Assembly: GCA_963846945.1 (NCBI GenBank)
Contig: CAWJXX010000003.1
Location: 82,200-146,199, forward strand
DNA from: an uncultured Gemmatimonadales bacterium
Lineage (GTDB): Bacteria > Gemmatimonadota > Gemmatimonadetes > Gemmatimonadales > GWC2-71-9
Length of the DNA stretch: 64,000 bases
Direction of reading: 5' to 3'
Under the pieces are notes generated by a model. It was not told where the DNA came from. It ran no database searches and was given only the letters and a program-made list of their open reading frames with translations. Made by a program: the position numbers and the translations under genes. Positions 42,569-52,466 of the stretch are shown here, piece by piece; within the stretch, counting starts at the first letter, position 1; each line of letters starts with the position of its first letter.

Positions 42569-44293
42569 ATAGACGCACGCTGTGGGCGGTCATGCTGATG
42601 ATGCTGATCGCCCTGGTCCCCACGTTTTTCATGAAGAAGCCGGCACGCCCGGTGGCGGGAGTGGTCGACTCGACGACGAGCGACTCTGCGGCAGTGGCGC
42701 CGGCGATGACGCCCGCCATTGCCACGCCGACCACGTCCGGAGCCGCGTCCGCGCCCGTCTCCGGTGCGCATGTCGACACGATTGCAGTGACGACGCCGCT
42801 GGCCCGCTATGGCTTCAGCTCCCGCGGTGCCACGCTCACGTCACTCGACCTCACGCGCTACCGGTCCACGGCGCCGGCGAGCAAGGGCCAGCCGGTGGAA
42901 CTGCTCCGGCCAGGGGTGCCGCTCCTGGGTGTCTGGGTCATTTCGGGAGCCGATACGCTGCGCCTCGACCAGTGGGACTTCAAGGTCGATCCTGCGAGCG
43001 TGACGGTGGGCACCGAGCCCGCCTCGGTGACGTTCAAGGCGCAGCAGGCGGGTCATGCCGTTCAGCTGCGCTACACCTTCTCGCCCAACGACTACGAGGT
43101 GGGCGTAACGGGTTCGGTCAGCGGCATCACCGCGGCGGGCGGCCAGCTGATCCTCGGGCTCGGCGCCGGCGTCGCCAACACCGAAGCCGATTCTACCGAC
43201 AACTTCCGGGCAGCGGCGCTGGTCACCTACGGCGGCAGCGCCGAACGCCATGACCTGGCCAAGCTCAATGCGGGCGAGACCGCGACATTCAGCGGTCCAT
43301 TCTCGTGGACGGCACTCAAGTCCAAGTATTTCGTGACGGCGGTCCTGGCCTTCGACTCGACTGGCGGACAGTTGAGCGGGGTCTCGGCGACCCCGCCGGC
43401 CACTGGCGGGCAAGCGCCCCACGGCCGCCATGACGCAGCTGCGCATGCCCATCGCCACGAGCGGCGGTTTCGGCTACACGCTCTATGCAGGCCCAATGGA
43501 GTACGACCGGCTCAAGCGCATCGGGCACGACTTCGATGACGTGAACCCGTACGGATTGCCCGGCCTGCGCACGCTGATCCGCTTCTTCGCGACGCCGGTG
43601 CGCTGGCTGCTGGTCTGGATGCACGAGTCCCTGCACCTGAACTACGGCCTCGTCCTCATCATCTTCGGCCTGCTGGTGCGCTTCCTCCTCTGGCCGCTCA
43701 ACCAGAAGGCGATGCGCGCCAACACGGCACTGCAGGCGCTGCAGCCGAAGCTGCAGAAGATCCAGGAGGAGTACAAGCAGGATCCTGCCCAGCTGCAGAA
43801 GAAGATGTTCGAGCTGTACAAGGAGAACGGGGTGAATCCGCTCGGCGGCTGCTGGCCGATGCTGCTCCCCATGCCCGTGCTGTTCGCGCTCTTCTTCGTG
43901 CTGGGCAACTCGATCGAACTGCGGGGCGTGCCGTTCCTCTGGTTCCCGGACCTGGCGCGGCCCGATCCGCTGCACATCATCCCGATCCTGAGCGGTCTGT
44001 CGATGTTCGGCCTGACGAAGGTCGGGCAGATGGGCATCCAGCACACGGCGCAGACCAAGGCGCAGGCGCAGATGATGACCTACATGATGCCGATCATGAT
44101 CACGTTCTTCGGCTTCAACTTCGCGGCAGGGCTGAATCTCTACTGGACCGTGAGCAACCTGGCGAGCATTCCGCAGCAGTGGCTGATCGCCCGCGAGCGG
44201 ATGAAGCTGCAGAAGGCGGAAGTGAAGGCGTTCGTGGCGATCAAGACGCAGGATCCCGAGGCCGGCAAGAAGGACGGGAAGAAGCGGAAGTAG
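42565..44293 (+). CDS. yidC: membrane protein insertase YidC (frameshift near 43415)
   Basis: N-terminal TM and periplasmic domain; LYAGP, NYGLVLI..VRFLLWPL, NPLGGCWPML, GLNLYW. Confidence 0.96.
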
Positions 44294-44300
44294 CGCCGGC

Positions 44301-44501
44301 CTAGCGCTTGTGCGACCCGTCGCAGAAGGGGCGGGTCCTGGAGAGGCCGCATCCACAGAGCTTGACCTGGCCGGGATGCTTGGGTGGCGGCTGCTCGACC
44401 ACGTCACCGGCATTGTCGTAAATGACCACGACGCCCTCGATGACGAAGGGACCGGATGGCTTCCAGGTGATCTTGATCGGGGTGTCGGGAGCGTCGTCCA
44501 T
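44301..44501 (-). CDS. CDGSH iron-sulfur domain protein
   Basis: GPFVIEG...LCGCGLSRTRPFCDGSH. Confidence 0.9.
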   Translation of the reverse strand: MDDAPDTPIKITWKPSGPFVIEGVVVIYDNAGDVVEQPPPKHPGQVKLCGCGLSRTRPFCDGSHKR

Positions 44502-44510
44502 CCGGTAAAC

Positions 44511-44572
44511 GTAAGAGGTAAGAGGTGAGAGGTAAGAGGGCACCCCTGACTTCTCTACCTCTCACCTCTCAC
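44511..44572. repeat. heptamer tandem-repeat hairpin (GTAAGAG)4 / (CTCTCAC)n
   Basis: GTAAGAG GTAAGAG GTGAGAG GTAAGAG ... CTCTCAC CTCTCAC; contains the stop at 44569. Confidence 0.85.
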
Positions 44573-45513
44573 GCTGTTCGAACCCCTCCCGCTCGCTGCT
44601 CCGCATCCCGCGCTTCGTCTGCGCCCGCCCGAAGTGCCGCCGCGATACCCAGTTCGCTCACCACCGCCTCGGTGAGACGGTGTCCCAGGTAGTATCCCGA
44701 CCGTTCCGGGATGACGCGCCCGGCGACAAGCCGTGCCGACGGGCTCATGCCCCCGGACAGGTAGCGCAGCCGGAGTCCGAGGCCGGACCGGTCGAGGTCG
44801 GCGGCCACTGCGCGACGCAGGAACGACTCGAGCTCCCGCAGTCGCACGTAGAGACGGCGGGGATAGCCGAAGTAGTCCGCCGCCCGGAAGCCCGGCGCCA
44901 CGGCCTGGGCAGCATGCACGGCAAGCCCCTCGTTCACCAGCAGTTCCCGCAGCGTCACCCGGCTTCCCACGTCCCAGTAGTCGTAGTATCCGCGCGAGTC
45001 ATGCACGATCCGCCCGATGTCGCTGCGGCTGCCGGCCGCGGTGTAGCGCACCGTGTGCGCCAGTTCGTGCGCGATCCAGAGCGGAAGCAACTCGGGTCCG
45101 AGACCAAGGCCATAGGTCTCCGGGTTCACGCGGCCGGTGAAGTGTTCCAGGCACACAAAGGCCACGCCGCGCCCGTCGATGACCAGTTCGCCGGCATTGG
45201 CTGCGCCCATGCCGACCATCAGCACGACGTCCGTCGGCTGCTCGATGCCCAGAACGTCCGCGGCGCGGGCGACCGCCTCCTCGGCGATGCGCTCGAGGTC
45301 CACGGACTCGAGCAGTGCGTGCAGGTCGCGCCGGTCGGCCCGAAGGGCCGCGCGAATCACGTCGACGGAAGGCGGACTGTCGGGATCGAGGACGTAGTTG
45401 CGCCAGTAGGCGTCGAGAAGCGTGCGGTGGCTGTCATGGAAGGATCGGTAGGCGGCCTCGCTGTCGGGCGCCTGGAGCAACGCAAGAAATTCCGGCACGA
45501 GATTGATGAGCAC
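44569..45513 (-). CDS. DUF2268-like putative zinc metalloprotease
   Basis: AHELAH...NEGLA...GYYLG; GTG 45513 preceded by TATCGT (alternative ATG 45543). Confidence 0.8.
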   Translation of the reverse strand: MLINLVPEFLALLQAPDSEAAYRSFHDSHRTLLDAYWRNYVLDPDSPPSVDVIRAALRADRRDLHALLESVDLERIAEEAVARAADVLGIEQPTDVVLMVGMGAANAGELVIDGRGVAFVCLEHFTGRVNPETYGLGLGPELLPLWIAHELAHTVRYTAAGSRSDIGRIVHDSRGYYDYWDVGSRVTLRELLVNEGLAVHAAQAVAPGFRAADYFGYPRRLYVRLRELESFLRRAVAADLDRSGLGLRLRYLSGGMSPSARLVAGRVIPERSGYYLGHRLTEAVVSELGIAAALRAGADEARDAEQRAGGVRTA

Positions 45514-45550
45514 GTGACACGATAGGAGATGGGTCGTGTCCATGCAAGAG

Positions 45551-45607
45551 AGTCGTGCGTCGCGGGTTGATCGTGCAGTCACGACCCACGACTCACGACT
45601 CACGACT
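45551..45607. repeat. heptamer tandem-repeat hairpin (AGTCGTG)n / (CACGACT)4
   Basis: CACGACC CACGACT CACGACT CACGACT abuts the rhomboid stop. Confidence 0.85.
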
Positions 45608-46462
45608 TCAATGCAGCTGCTGCCTCTTCTGCTTGGCGATGTCGTCCAGGAAGCGGCGTTCGTCCGGCGTGAGGCTGGCGAGGCCCTGCGCACTGATCTT
45701 GTCGAGCACGCGGTCCATCTCGCGCGCCACCGGGTCGGTCTCCACACTGCGGTTGGGGCGCGCCGCCGGTGGCGCCTGCGGCGCCCGCCGCGGGCGCTCC
45801 GCCTCGGCAGCACCTGGCTGCACCATGACCGGACGCTGGACCTGGCGGCGTGGCGTGCCGTTCTCCGGGCCGACCGACTGCAGCCGGAAGAAGAGGTAGG
45901 CGAACAGGGCGCCGCCGAGGTGCGCCTCGTAGGCGATGTTGGCGCCACTGTGCATGAAGGGCAGTGCCATCACCGCGTTGAATCCCACGATGAGGATGGC
46001 AAAGGTGCGTGCCCGCATTGGCACGGGAATGGGGATGGCCACCATCTCGGCGTCGGGCCAGAGCATGGCGAGCGCCACCACGAGGCCGAGGATGGCGCCC
46101 GACGCACCGACGAAGGGCGCTACCGGCGCGACACTGGAGAGCAGGAGCGCGAAGATGGCCGCGCCAACGCCACAGTAGAGGTAGAAGAAGAGAAATTTCT
46201 CGCCGCCCAGTCGCTGCTCGACCGCCGACCCGAGGAACAGCAGTCCGAGTGAGTTGACGATGAGGTGCAGCAGGCCCTGATGGACGAACATGTACGTGAC
46301 GAAGGTCCACGGCCGGCCCAGTGCATCGTGGGGATCGAACGCAAGCGCGCGCAGCACGCCATCGGACGTGAAGACGGTCTCCAGCAGCAGGAGCACCACC
46401 GCGTTGGCGATGATGAGCCGCGTGACCCAGGGCGTGAGTCGGGGATGGGAGATCGCCTGCAT
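45608..46462 (-). CDS. rhomboid intramembrane serine protease with a C-terminal DUF6576-like domain
   Basis: TYMFVH..LLHLIVN, GASG, AHLGG; MDRVLDKISAQGLASLTPDERRFL. Confidence 0.92.
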   Translation of the reverse strand: MQAISHPRLTPWVTRLIIANAVVLLLLETVFTSDGVLRALAFDPHDALGRPWTFVTYMFVHQGLLHLIVNSLGLLFLGSAVEQRLGGEKFLFFYLYCGVGAAIFALLLSSVAPVAPFVGASGAILGLVVALAMLWPDAEMVAIPIPVPMRARTFAILIVGFNAVMALPFMHSGANIAYEAHLGGALFAYLFFRLQSVGPENGTPRRQVQRPVMVQPGAAEAERPRRAPQAPPAARPNRSVETDPVAREMDRVLDKISAQGLASLTPDERRFLDDIAKQKRQQLH

Positions 46463-46475
46463 TGCGCCTGCCTCT

Positions 46476-47489
46476 CTACCTGGACTTCCTGCTGCCGATC
46501 GCCGAGCGGCAGATCCGGTCGCACAGCTCGGGGAAACCGATGCCGACGGCCCGTGCGGACTGGGGCAGCAGGCTCGTGGCTGTCATGCCGGGAAGGGTGT
46601 TCACCTCTAAACAGCAGGCCTCACCCGAAGGTGTCAAGCGAAAGTCGACCCGGGAGTATCCCCCGAGCTTGAGGGCCTGGTGCGCTTCGAGGCCCAGCCG
46701 CTGGCATCGCACTGTCACATCCTCAGGCAGGTCGGCCGGGAAAATCTCCTCCGACATGCCGGGCGTATACTTGCATTCATAGTCGAAAATCTCGTGCCGG
46801 GGGATGATTTCGCCCACCGCCAGGGCCACCCCGTCCAGAATGCCGACAGTGAGTTCCCGCCCCGGGATGAACGCTTCGATCATCACCTCGTCGTCGTGCT
46901 GGCGCGCCTCCTCGATGGCCCCGGCCAGCTTGCCGGCGGACCGCACGACGCTCAGCCCGACCGTGGATCCCTGCTTGGACGGCTTGACCACTACGGGCCA
47001 GCCCAGCCGCGTTTCGACCTCCTGCACGCTGGTTGGAGCCATCAACCACTCGGCAGTGGGTATTCCCCCATGCCGGAAGAGCCGCTTGGACACGTCCTTG
47101 TCCATGGCCATCGCGCTCCCTATGGGGCCGCTTCCTGTATACGGTACCCCGATCATCTCGAGAATGGTCTGGAGGGTACCGTCCTCGCCATGCCCGCCGT
47201 GCAGCGCCAGGAAAAGCACGTCGGCGTCGCGCACCGCCGCAAGATTGGCGAGGCCACTGAGCAGCAGTCCGTGCTCCAGCGTTTCCAGCCTGGCGACGGT
47301 GGGCGGAGCGACCCCGACGGAAGCCGGAAGGAGCTGGGCTTCGTCCGCTTCCGGAATGAACCCGCGAGCCGTGTCCACCACCGCCACCTGGTGTCCAATA
47401 CTGCGCAGCGCCGCAATGACTTGCACGGCTGATGCAAGGGCGACATCGCGTTCCGACGAGGTGCCACCAGTGAGGACCGTGATACGCAT
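46476..47489 (-). CDS. ddl: D-alanine--D-alanine ligase
   Basis: GGTSSERDV, LHGGHGEDG, MDK, KPSKQGSTVG, FDYECKY, EVNTLPGMT. Confidence 0.95.
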   Translation of the reverse strand: MRITVLTGGTSSERDVALASAVQVIAALRSIGHQVAVVDTARGFIPEADEAQLLPASVGVAPPTVARLETLEHGLLLSGLANLAAVRDADVLFLALHGGHGEDGTLQTILEMIGVPYTGSGPIGSAMAMDKDVSKRLFRHGGIPTAEWLMAPTSVQEVETRLGWPVVVKPSKQGSTVGLSVVRSAGKLAGAIEEARQHDDEVMIEAFIPGRELTVGILDGVALAVGEIIPRHEIFDYECKYTPGMSEEIFPADLPEDVTVRCQRLGLEAHQALKLGGYSRVDFRLTPSGEACCLEVNTLPGMTATSLLPQSARAVGIGFPELCDRICRSAIGSRKSR

Positions 47490-47495
47490 GTGTGG

Positions 47496-48893
47496 CTACC
47501 GAGTCCCGATCAACTGTTGCAGTACATCGTACCGGCTCACGATTCCAACCAACTCGCCATCCTTGCGCACCAGGGCGGCCGGCGTCTCGCGCGTCAGCAT
47601 GGGCGCGAGGCGATCGGTCGGGAACGTGTGCTCGACGACCGGAAATGCCGGCTCCATCACTTCCCGGACCGGCCGGTCGAGGATCGCAGGCTGGGCGAGC
47701 GCACGCGTCATGAGGACCGCCTCGACCAGGCCTCCCACCGCTTCGCCATTCTCGATGACGGGAATCTGGCTCACCTCCCAGGTGCTCATCAGGTTGAGCG
47801 CCTGACGCACGGCGGCCGCGGGCGCCACCTGCACCAGGGCAGGTGCCTTGGTGTTCCGCTGCTGCTTCAGCAGCTGCTCCACCGTCGCCTGGGGCCGGTC
47901 GAGCATTTGATTCTCCTGCATCCAGTCGTCATTGAACACCTTGGAGAGATAACGCTCGCCGGTGTCGCAGAGGATCGTGACGATGCATGCGCCTGGGTCG
48001 TCGAGCTCGCGCGCGACCTCGAGGGCAAGCACGACGTTGAGCCCGGCCGAACCGCCGACCAGTATCCCCTCCTCCCGTGCCAGGCGCCGGGCCATCATCA
48101 TCGACGGCCGGTCTGCCACCTGCCTCCACTCGTCGATGGTATCGAACCAGATCGTGGTGGAGATCTTGTCCCCGCCGATTCCCTCGACCTTGTAGGGCGC
48201 GCCGGCGCCCTCGGCCATGACGCCGGTGCGGGCATAGCCGGTCAGCAGGGATCCCACGGGATCCCCCGCGATCACGCGAATCTTCGGGTTCTTCTCCTTG
48301 AGGTACTTGCCGGCACCACTCACGGTGCCACCGGTGCCCGCGCCGGCGACGAGGTGGGTCACCTTGCCGCCGGTCTGTTCCCAGATCTCGGGACCGGTGG
48401 TCCGATAGTGGGCTTCGGGATTCACCTGGTTGAAATGCTGGTTGGCGAGGATCGCGCCCGGTGTGTCATGCACGATCTGCTTCGCCTTCATGATGTAGTT
48501 GTCGGGATGGTCCGGCGGCACCGCGGTCGGCGTCACCACGACCTCCGCGCCATAGGCCCGGAGCAGGCGCACCTTTTCCTGCGACATCTTGTCGGGCAAG
48601 GTGAAGATGCAGCGGTATCCCTTTATGGCGGCCGCGATCGCCAGGCCGACGCCGGTGTTGCCGCTGGTACCCTCCACGATCACGCCGCCGGGCTTGAGGT
48701 CGCCGCGGCGCTCCGCTTCCTCGATCATCGCGAGCCCGATCCGATCCTTCACCGACCCACCGGGATTGGCGTACTCCGCCTTGCCGTAGATCGGCGTGCG
48801 GATGCCGGCGCCGATCCGTGCCAGGCGCACCAGTGGCGTCCAGCCGATCGTATCGAGCACGCTGTCATATGGCTTGAGGTGCGGCGCTGTCAT
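47496..48893 (-). CDS. cbs: cystathionine beta-synthase (PLP domain + CBS pair)
   Basis: NPGGSVKDR, TSGNTG, GTGGT, VEGIGGD, DTGERYLSK; C-terminal CBS domains. Confidence 0.92.
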   Translation of the reverse strand: MTAPHLKPYDSVLDTIGWTPLVRLARIGAGIRTPIYGKAEYANPGGSVKDRIGLAMIEEAERRGDLKPGGVIVEGTSGNTGVGLAIAAAIKGYRCIFTLPDKMSQEKVRLLRAYGAEVVVTPTAVPPDHPDNYIMKAKQIVHDTPGAILANQHFNQVNPEAHYRTTGPEIWEQTGGKVTHLVAGAGTGGTVSGAGKYLKEKNPKIRVIAGDPVGSLLTGYARTGVMAEGAGAPYKVEGIGGDKISTTIWFDTIDEWRQVADRPSMMMARRLAREEGILVGGSAGLNVVLALEVARELDDPGACIVTILCDTGERYLSKVFNDDWMQENQMLDRPQATVEQLLKQQRNTKAPALVQVAPAAAVRQALNLMSTWEVSQIPVIENGEAVGGLVEAVLMTRALAQPAILDRPVREVMEPAFPVVEHTFPTDRLAPMLTRETPAALVRKDGELVGIVSRYDVLQQLIGTR

Positions 48894-49306
48894 GGAGTGA
48901 CCCCACGCCCCTGGGGCGTGCGAAAGTAGATCGGTTGCAGGAACGCCATCGCGACCCTGGCGCCGTCGCGCTCGGCAGGAGCAAACCGAAGCGCAGGCAC
49001 CCCGCGAATGGCAGCACTGTCGAGGGCGGGATAGCCGCTCGACTCGGCAACGCGGGTCGACTCAGCCGCTGGCCGGCCCGCACTGTCGACATACAGCCGG
49101 AGCAGCACTGTGCCCTCGATTCCCTGCGCGGCGAGGGCCGCCGGGTACTCTACCGGTGAATTGGGGTTGAGCGCCACCGGTGGCAGCTCATTGGTCTTGG
49201 GCCCCTCCACCGGACGTGACGGGAGGCTCACGGTACCATCGCCCGCGCGGTTGCAGCCCGCGAGGGTGGCGGCCAGCAGCAGGCCGGGAACTACGCGTGA
49301 AGGCAT
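48890..49306 (-). CDS. TonB C-terminal domain lipoprotein
   Basis: Lipobox LAG-C; YP...GIEGTV...SSG...LD..A...FAPA. Confidence 0.85.
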   Translation of the reverse strand: MPSRVVPGLLLAATLAGCNRAGDGTVSLPSRPVEGPKTNELPPVALNPNSPVEYPAALAAQGIEGTVLLRLYVDSAGRPAAESTRVAESSGYPALDSAAIRGVPALRFAPAERDGARVAMAFLQPIYFRTPQGRGVTP

Positions 49307-49360
49307 GCCGGAAAACTAGCGTATGTTGCCCCGCAGCACGTCGCATGGCGGCCCCGGGGA

Positions 49361-51872
49361 ATGACCCAGGAAGGAGGACGCAGCCTGAGCATCGAGACCG
49401 TTCTTCCGGCCCTCCGCACCGCACTCGAAGGCTCGATGAATGTGGTGCTGCAGGCGCCACCCGGCGCGGGCAAGACCACGCGCGTGCCCCTGGCCCTGCG
49501 CGACGCCGACTGGCTGGCCGCCCGGAAGATCGTGATGCTCGAGCCCCGACGGGTGGCCGCGCGGGCGGCCGCGACCTTCATGGCGCGGTCGCTGGGCGAG
49601 CAGGCAGGCGCCACCGTCGGCTACCGGACCCGCCTCGATACGCGCGTGAGCGCCCGTACCCGCGTGGAAGTGGTGACCGAGGGCATACTGGCGCGCATGC
49701 TCGCCGCCGATCCCGGACTCGACGAGTATGGGCTCGTCATCTTCGATGAGTTTCACGAGCGCAGCCTGCATGCCGACCTGGGTCTCGCCCTGGCGCTCGA
49801 GAGCCAGGCGCTTCTCTGCCCCGACCTCCGGATACTGGTGATGTCCGCGACGCTCGATGGCGCACGGGTGGCAGCACTGCTCGGCAACGCACCGGTGATC
49901 ACCGCGGAGGGGCGCAGCTTTCCCATTCAAGTCCGATACCGGCCCCCGCGACAGGATGGTCGCCTCGAGGCACGAGTGGCGGCCGTTGTCACCGAGGCCC
50001 TGGCCGAGACGGAGGGCGACGTACTGGTCTTCCTGCCGGGCGCTGCGGAGATCCGCCGGGTCGGGGAGGCGCTTGGCGGCACGATTGCTCACCGAAGCGA
50101 CATCATCGTGCTGCCAATGCATGGCATGCTCGAGGCAGGGCAGCAGGACGAGGTGCTGCTGCCCGACCGCGCTGGACGGCGCAAGGTCATCCTGGCCACC
50201 TCGATCGCGGAGACCAGCCTGACCATCGATGGCGTCCGTGTCGTCGTCGACGCCGGTCTCGCGCGCACGCCGCGCTTTTCCGCACGCACCGGCATGACAC
50301 GGCTGGAAACCGTGCGCGCATCCCGCGCGTCCACGGAACAGCGGGCCGGGCGGGCGGGACGCCAGGCGCCAGGGCTCTGTTATCGCTTGTGGAGCGAAGT
50401 GGAGCAGGCGGGGTTGGCGCCGTTCCATGATCCCGAGATCGCCGCCGCCGACCTGGTACCGCTGGTGCTGACGGTTCTCGCGGCCGGGTCGGACCTCGAG
50501 ACCATGCGATGGCTCGATGCACCCCCACGGGCGCACGTAGCGCAGGCGCGGGCCCTCCTGACCGAATTCGCGGCGCTGGATGCCGAGGGACGCATCACGA
50601 CCCATGGCCGCGAACTGGCGGCGCTGGGCCTGCATCCCCGGCTCGGGCAAATGATTTCTGCTGCACGAAGTCTCGGCACCATTGCGCTGGCGATGGATCT
50701 TGCCGCCCTGGTGGAAGAGCGGGACATCCTGCGCGGTGATGCTCGGGCCTGCCGACCCCGACCTGCGCCTTCGCGTGGACCTGCTGCAGCAGCGCAGCGC
50801 ACCCCCATTCGCACATGGAGCGCGAGTCATGCGCGATGCGCTCGACCGGATCCGGACGCACGCGCGCGCGCTGCGGCGGGAGGCCGGAGTGCGTGAGGGT
50901 CCGCCAGGAAGCAGCGAGACCGGTCTGTTGCTGGCATTCGCCTATCCCGAGCGAATCGCGCAGCGGCGGCCGGGAACCGCTCGCTTTCTGCTGCGGAACG
51001 GGCGCGGCGCCGTGCTCGCCGTGCCGCACGCACTTGCCGACGCTGATTTCATCGTGGCGGTGGACCTGGATGACAAGGGCGCCGAGGGCCGGGTCTTCCT
51101 CGCGGCCCCGGTGACACGGGCGGAACTCGAGGAGCACCTGGGCTCGCATATCGTCACCGACGACGTCGTGCGCTGGAATGCCCAGAGCGAGCGGGTCGAT
51201 TCGCTGCGGGTGCGTCGCCTTGGAGCCATCGTGCTGTCGGAGGGGGTCCTGCGCGACCCCGCGCCTGAACTGGTCGCCGCGGCATTTGCCGACGGGGTGG
51301 TTCGCACGGGCGTGGCCGCGCTGCCCTGGCGTGATGACTTCACGAGCCTGCGGAACCGGATCGCGTTTCTCCGGCGCATCGACGACAGCTGGCCCGACGT
51401 GTCCGATGAGGCGCTTCCCTCCAGGCTTGCGCGCTGGCTCGCGACCCGCGAGGTGCCGCGCAAGTTGGCGGATCTCGAGCGGGTCGATTTCGCGGCGCTG
51501 CTGCTCGCCGACCTGACCTGGGAACAGCGCCGGCAACTCGACGTGGAGGCGCCCACCCATATCGAGGTGCCGAGCGGGTCACGGCTGCCGATCGACTATG
51601 CCAACGCTGCCTCGCCGGTCCTCGCCGTGCGCCTGCAGGAGATGTTCGGTCTCGCCGATACACCGCGCATCGCGCGTGGTCGCGTACCGCTCACGCTGCA
51701 GCTGCTCTCTCCCGCGCATCGCCCGGTGCAGGTGACGAGTGATCTCGGCGGGTTCTGGCGGTCGAGCTACCAGGACGTGCGAAAGGACCTGCGGGGACGA
51801 TATCCGAGGCACCCGTGGCCCGAGGATCCGCTCACCGCGCCGCCGACGCGCCGGGCCAAGCCGCGACGCTGA
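49361..51872 (+). CDS. hrpB: ATP-dependent helicase HrpB (frameshift near 50740)
   Basis: APPGAGKTT, DEFHER, MSAT, QRAGRAGR; C-term LLSPAHRPVQVTSDLGGFW, RYPRHPWPEDP. Confidence 0.95.
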
Positions 51873-52083
51873 GTGTCCCCGGCGTCGTCCCATGGCGTGG
51901 GCAGTTTAGTCGCGCCGAAAATCACTGCGGATTCGGGATAGAACGCTGCAATGCGCTCGCGCGCATCGGGTTGGCGCCGCTTCCCTGCTCCGCTCCCTGT
52001 GCGGCAAGCTTCCTGCTATGGCCCCAGTCACACGACATCCAGACTGGAGCGCGGGGCGCGCGAGTGCCTCGTAGGACAAAGGC

Positions 52084-52443
52084 ATGCGAGCGAACCGGAT
52101 TCTTCCAATCGGCACCACGACGTGGCGCGTTCTGGCCGCGTTCGACTTCAACAACCAGGACCTGAGCGGCCGCGCCGCGCTGGTCGAGGGCGCCACGCTG
52201 CTGCTGTTGCGTCCCGACACGCTGCTCGAGGCCATTCCACTGGCGGAGCTGGAACTTGTCGGCGAGGTGGATCCCATCGAGGGAGCCACGCCCCCGATGT
52301 TCTCTGCGATGCTGACACTGCGCGATGGCCGGACGCTGTCGCTGACCGGTGAACTGGCTGACCTGGACTTGCTTGGCCGGTGGGTGACCTACCTGCACGA
52401 GCGGGTGCGCAAGGGCCGGCTGACGGCGGCGCGGAGGTACTAG
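52084..52443 (+). CDS. hypothetical protein
   Basis: Globular composition, typical codon bias, convergent with mutS. Confidence 0.7.
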   Translation: MRANRILPIGTTTWRVLAAFDFNNQDLSGRAALVEGATLLLLRPDTLLEAIPLAELELVGEVDPIEGATPPMFSAMLTLRDGRTLSLTGELADLDLLGRWVTYLHERVRKGRLTAARRY

Positions 52444-52466
52444 GAGCGCAGGGCGCCAACCGGGAA

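Noticed and set aside
38836-44293. Pseudogenisation or programmed frameshifting of dnaN, dnaA, yidD, yidC (also sufB, sufD, hrpB, mutS, holA)
   Set aside because: These are essential or highly conserved genes with intact motifs on both sides of each break. The breaks are small indels, often in short G/C runs, which fits sequencing error.
44569-45948. 459-aa version of the DUF2268-like protein
   Set aside because: The N-terminal extension overlaps the rhomboid gene out of frame and runs through the heptamer array; the real start is near 45513-45543.
46476-47489. VanA-type D-Ala-D-Lac ligase
   Set aside because: The omega loop has Tyr (FDYECKY) as in D-Ala-D-Ala ligases, and there are no vanH/vanX neighbours.
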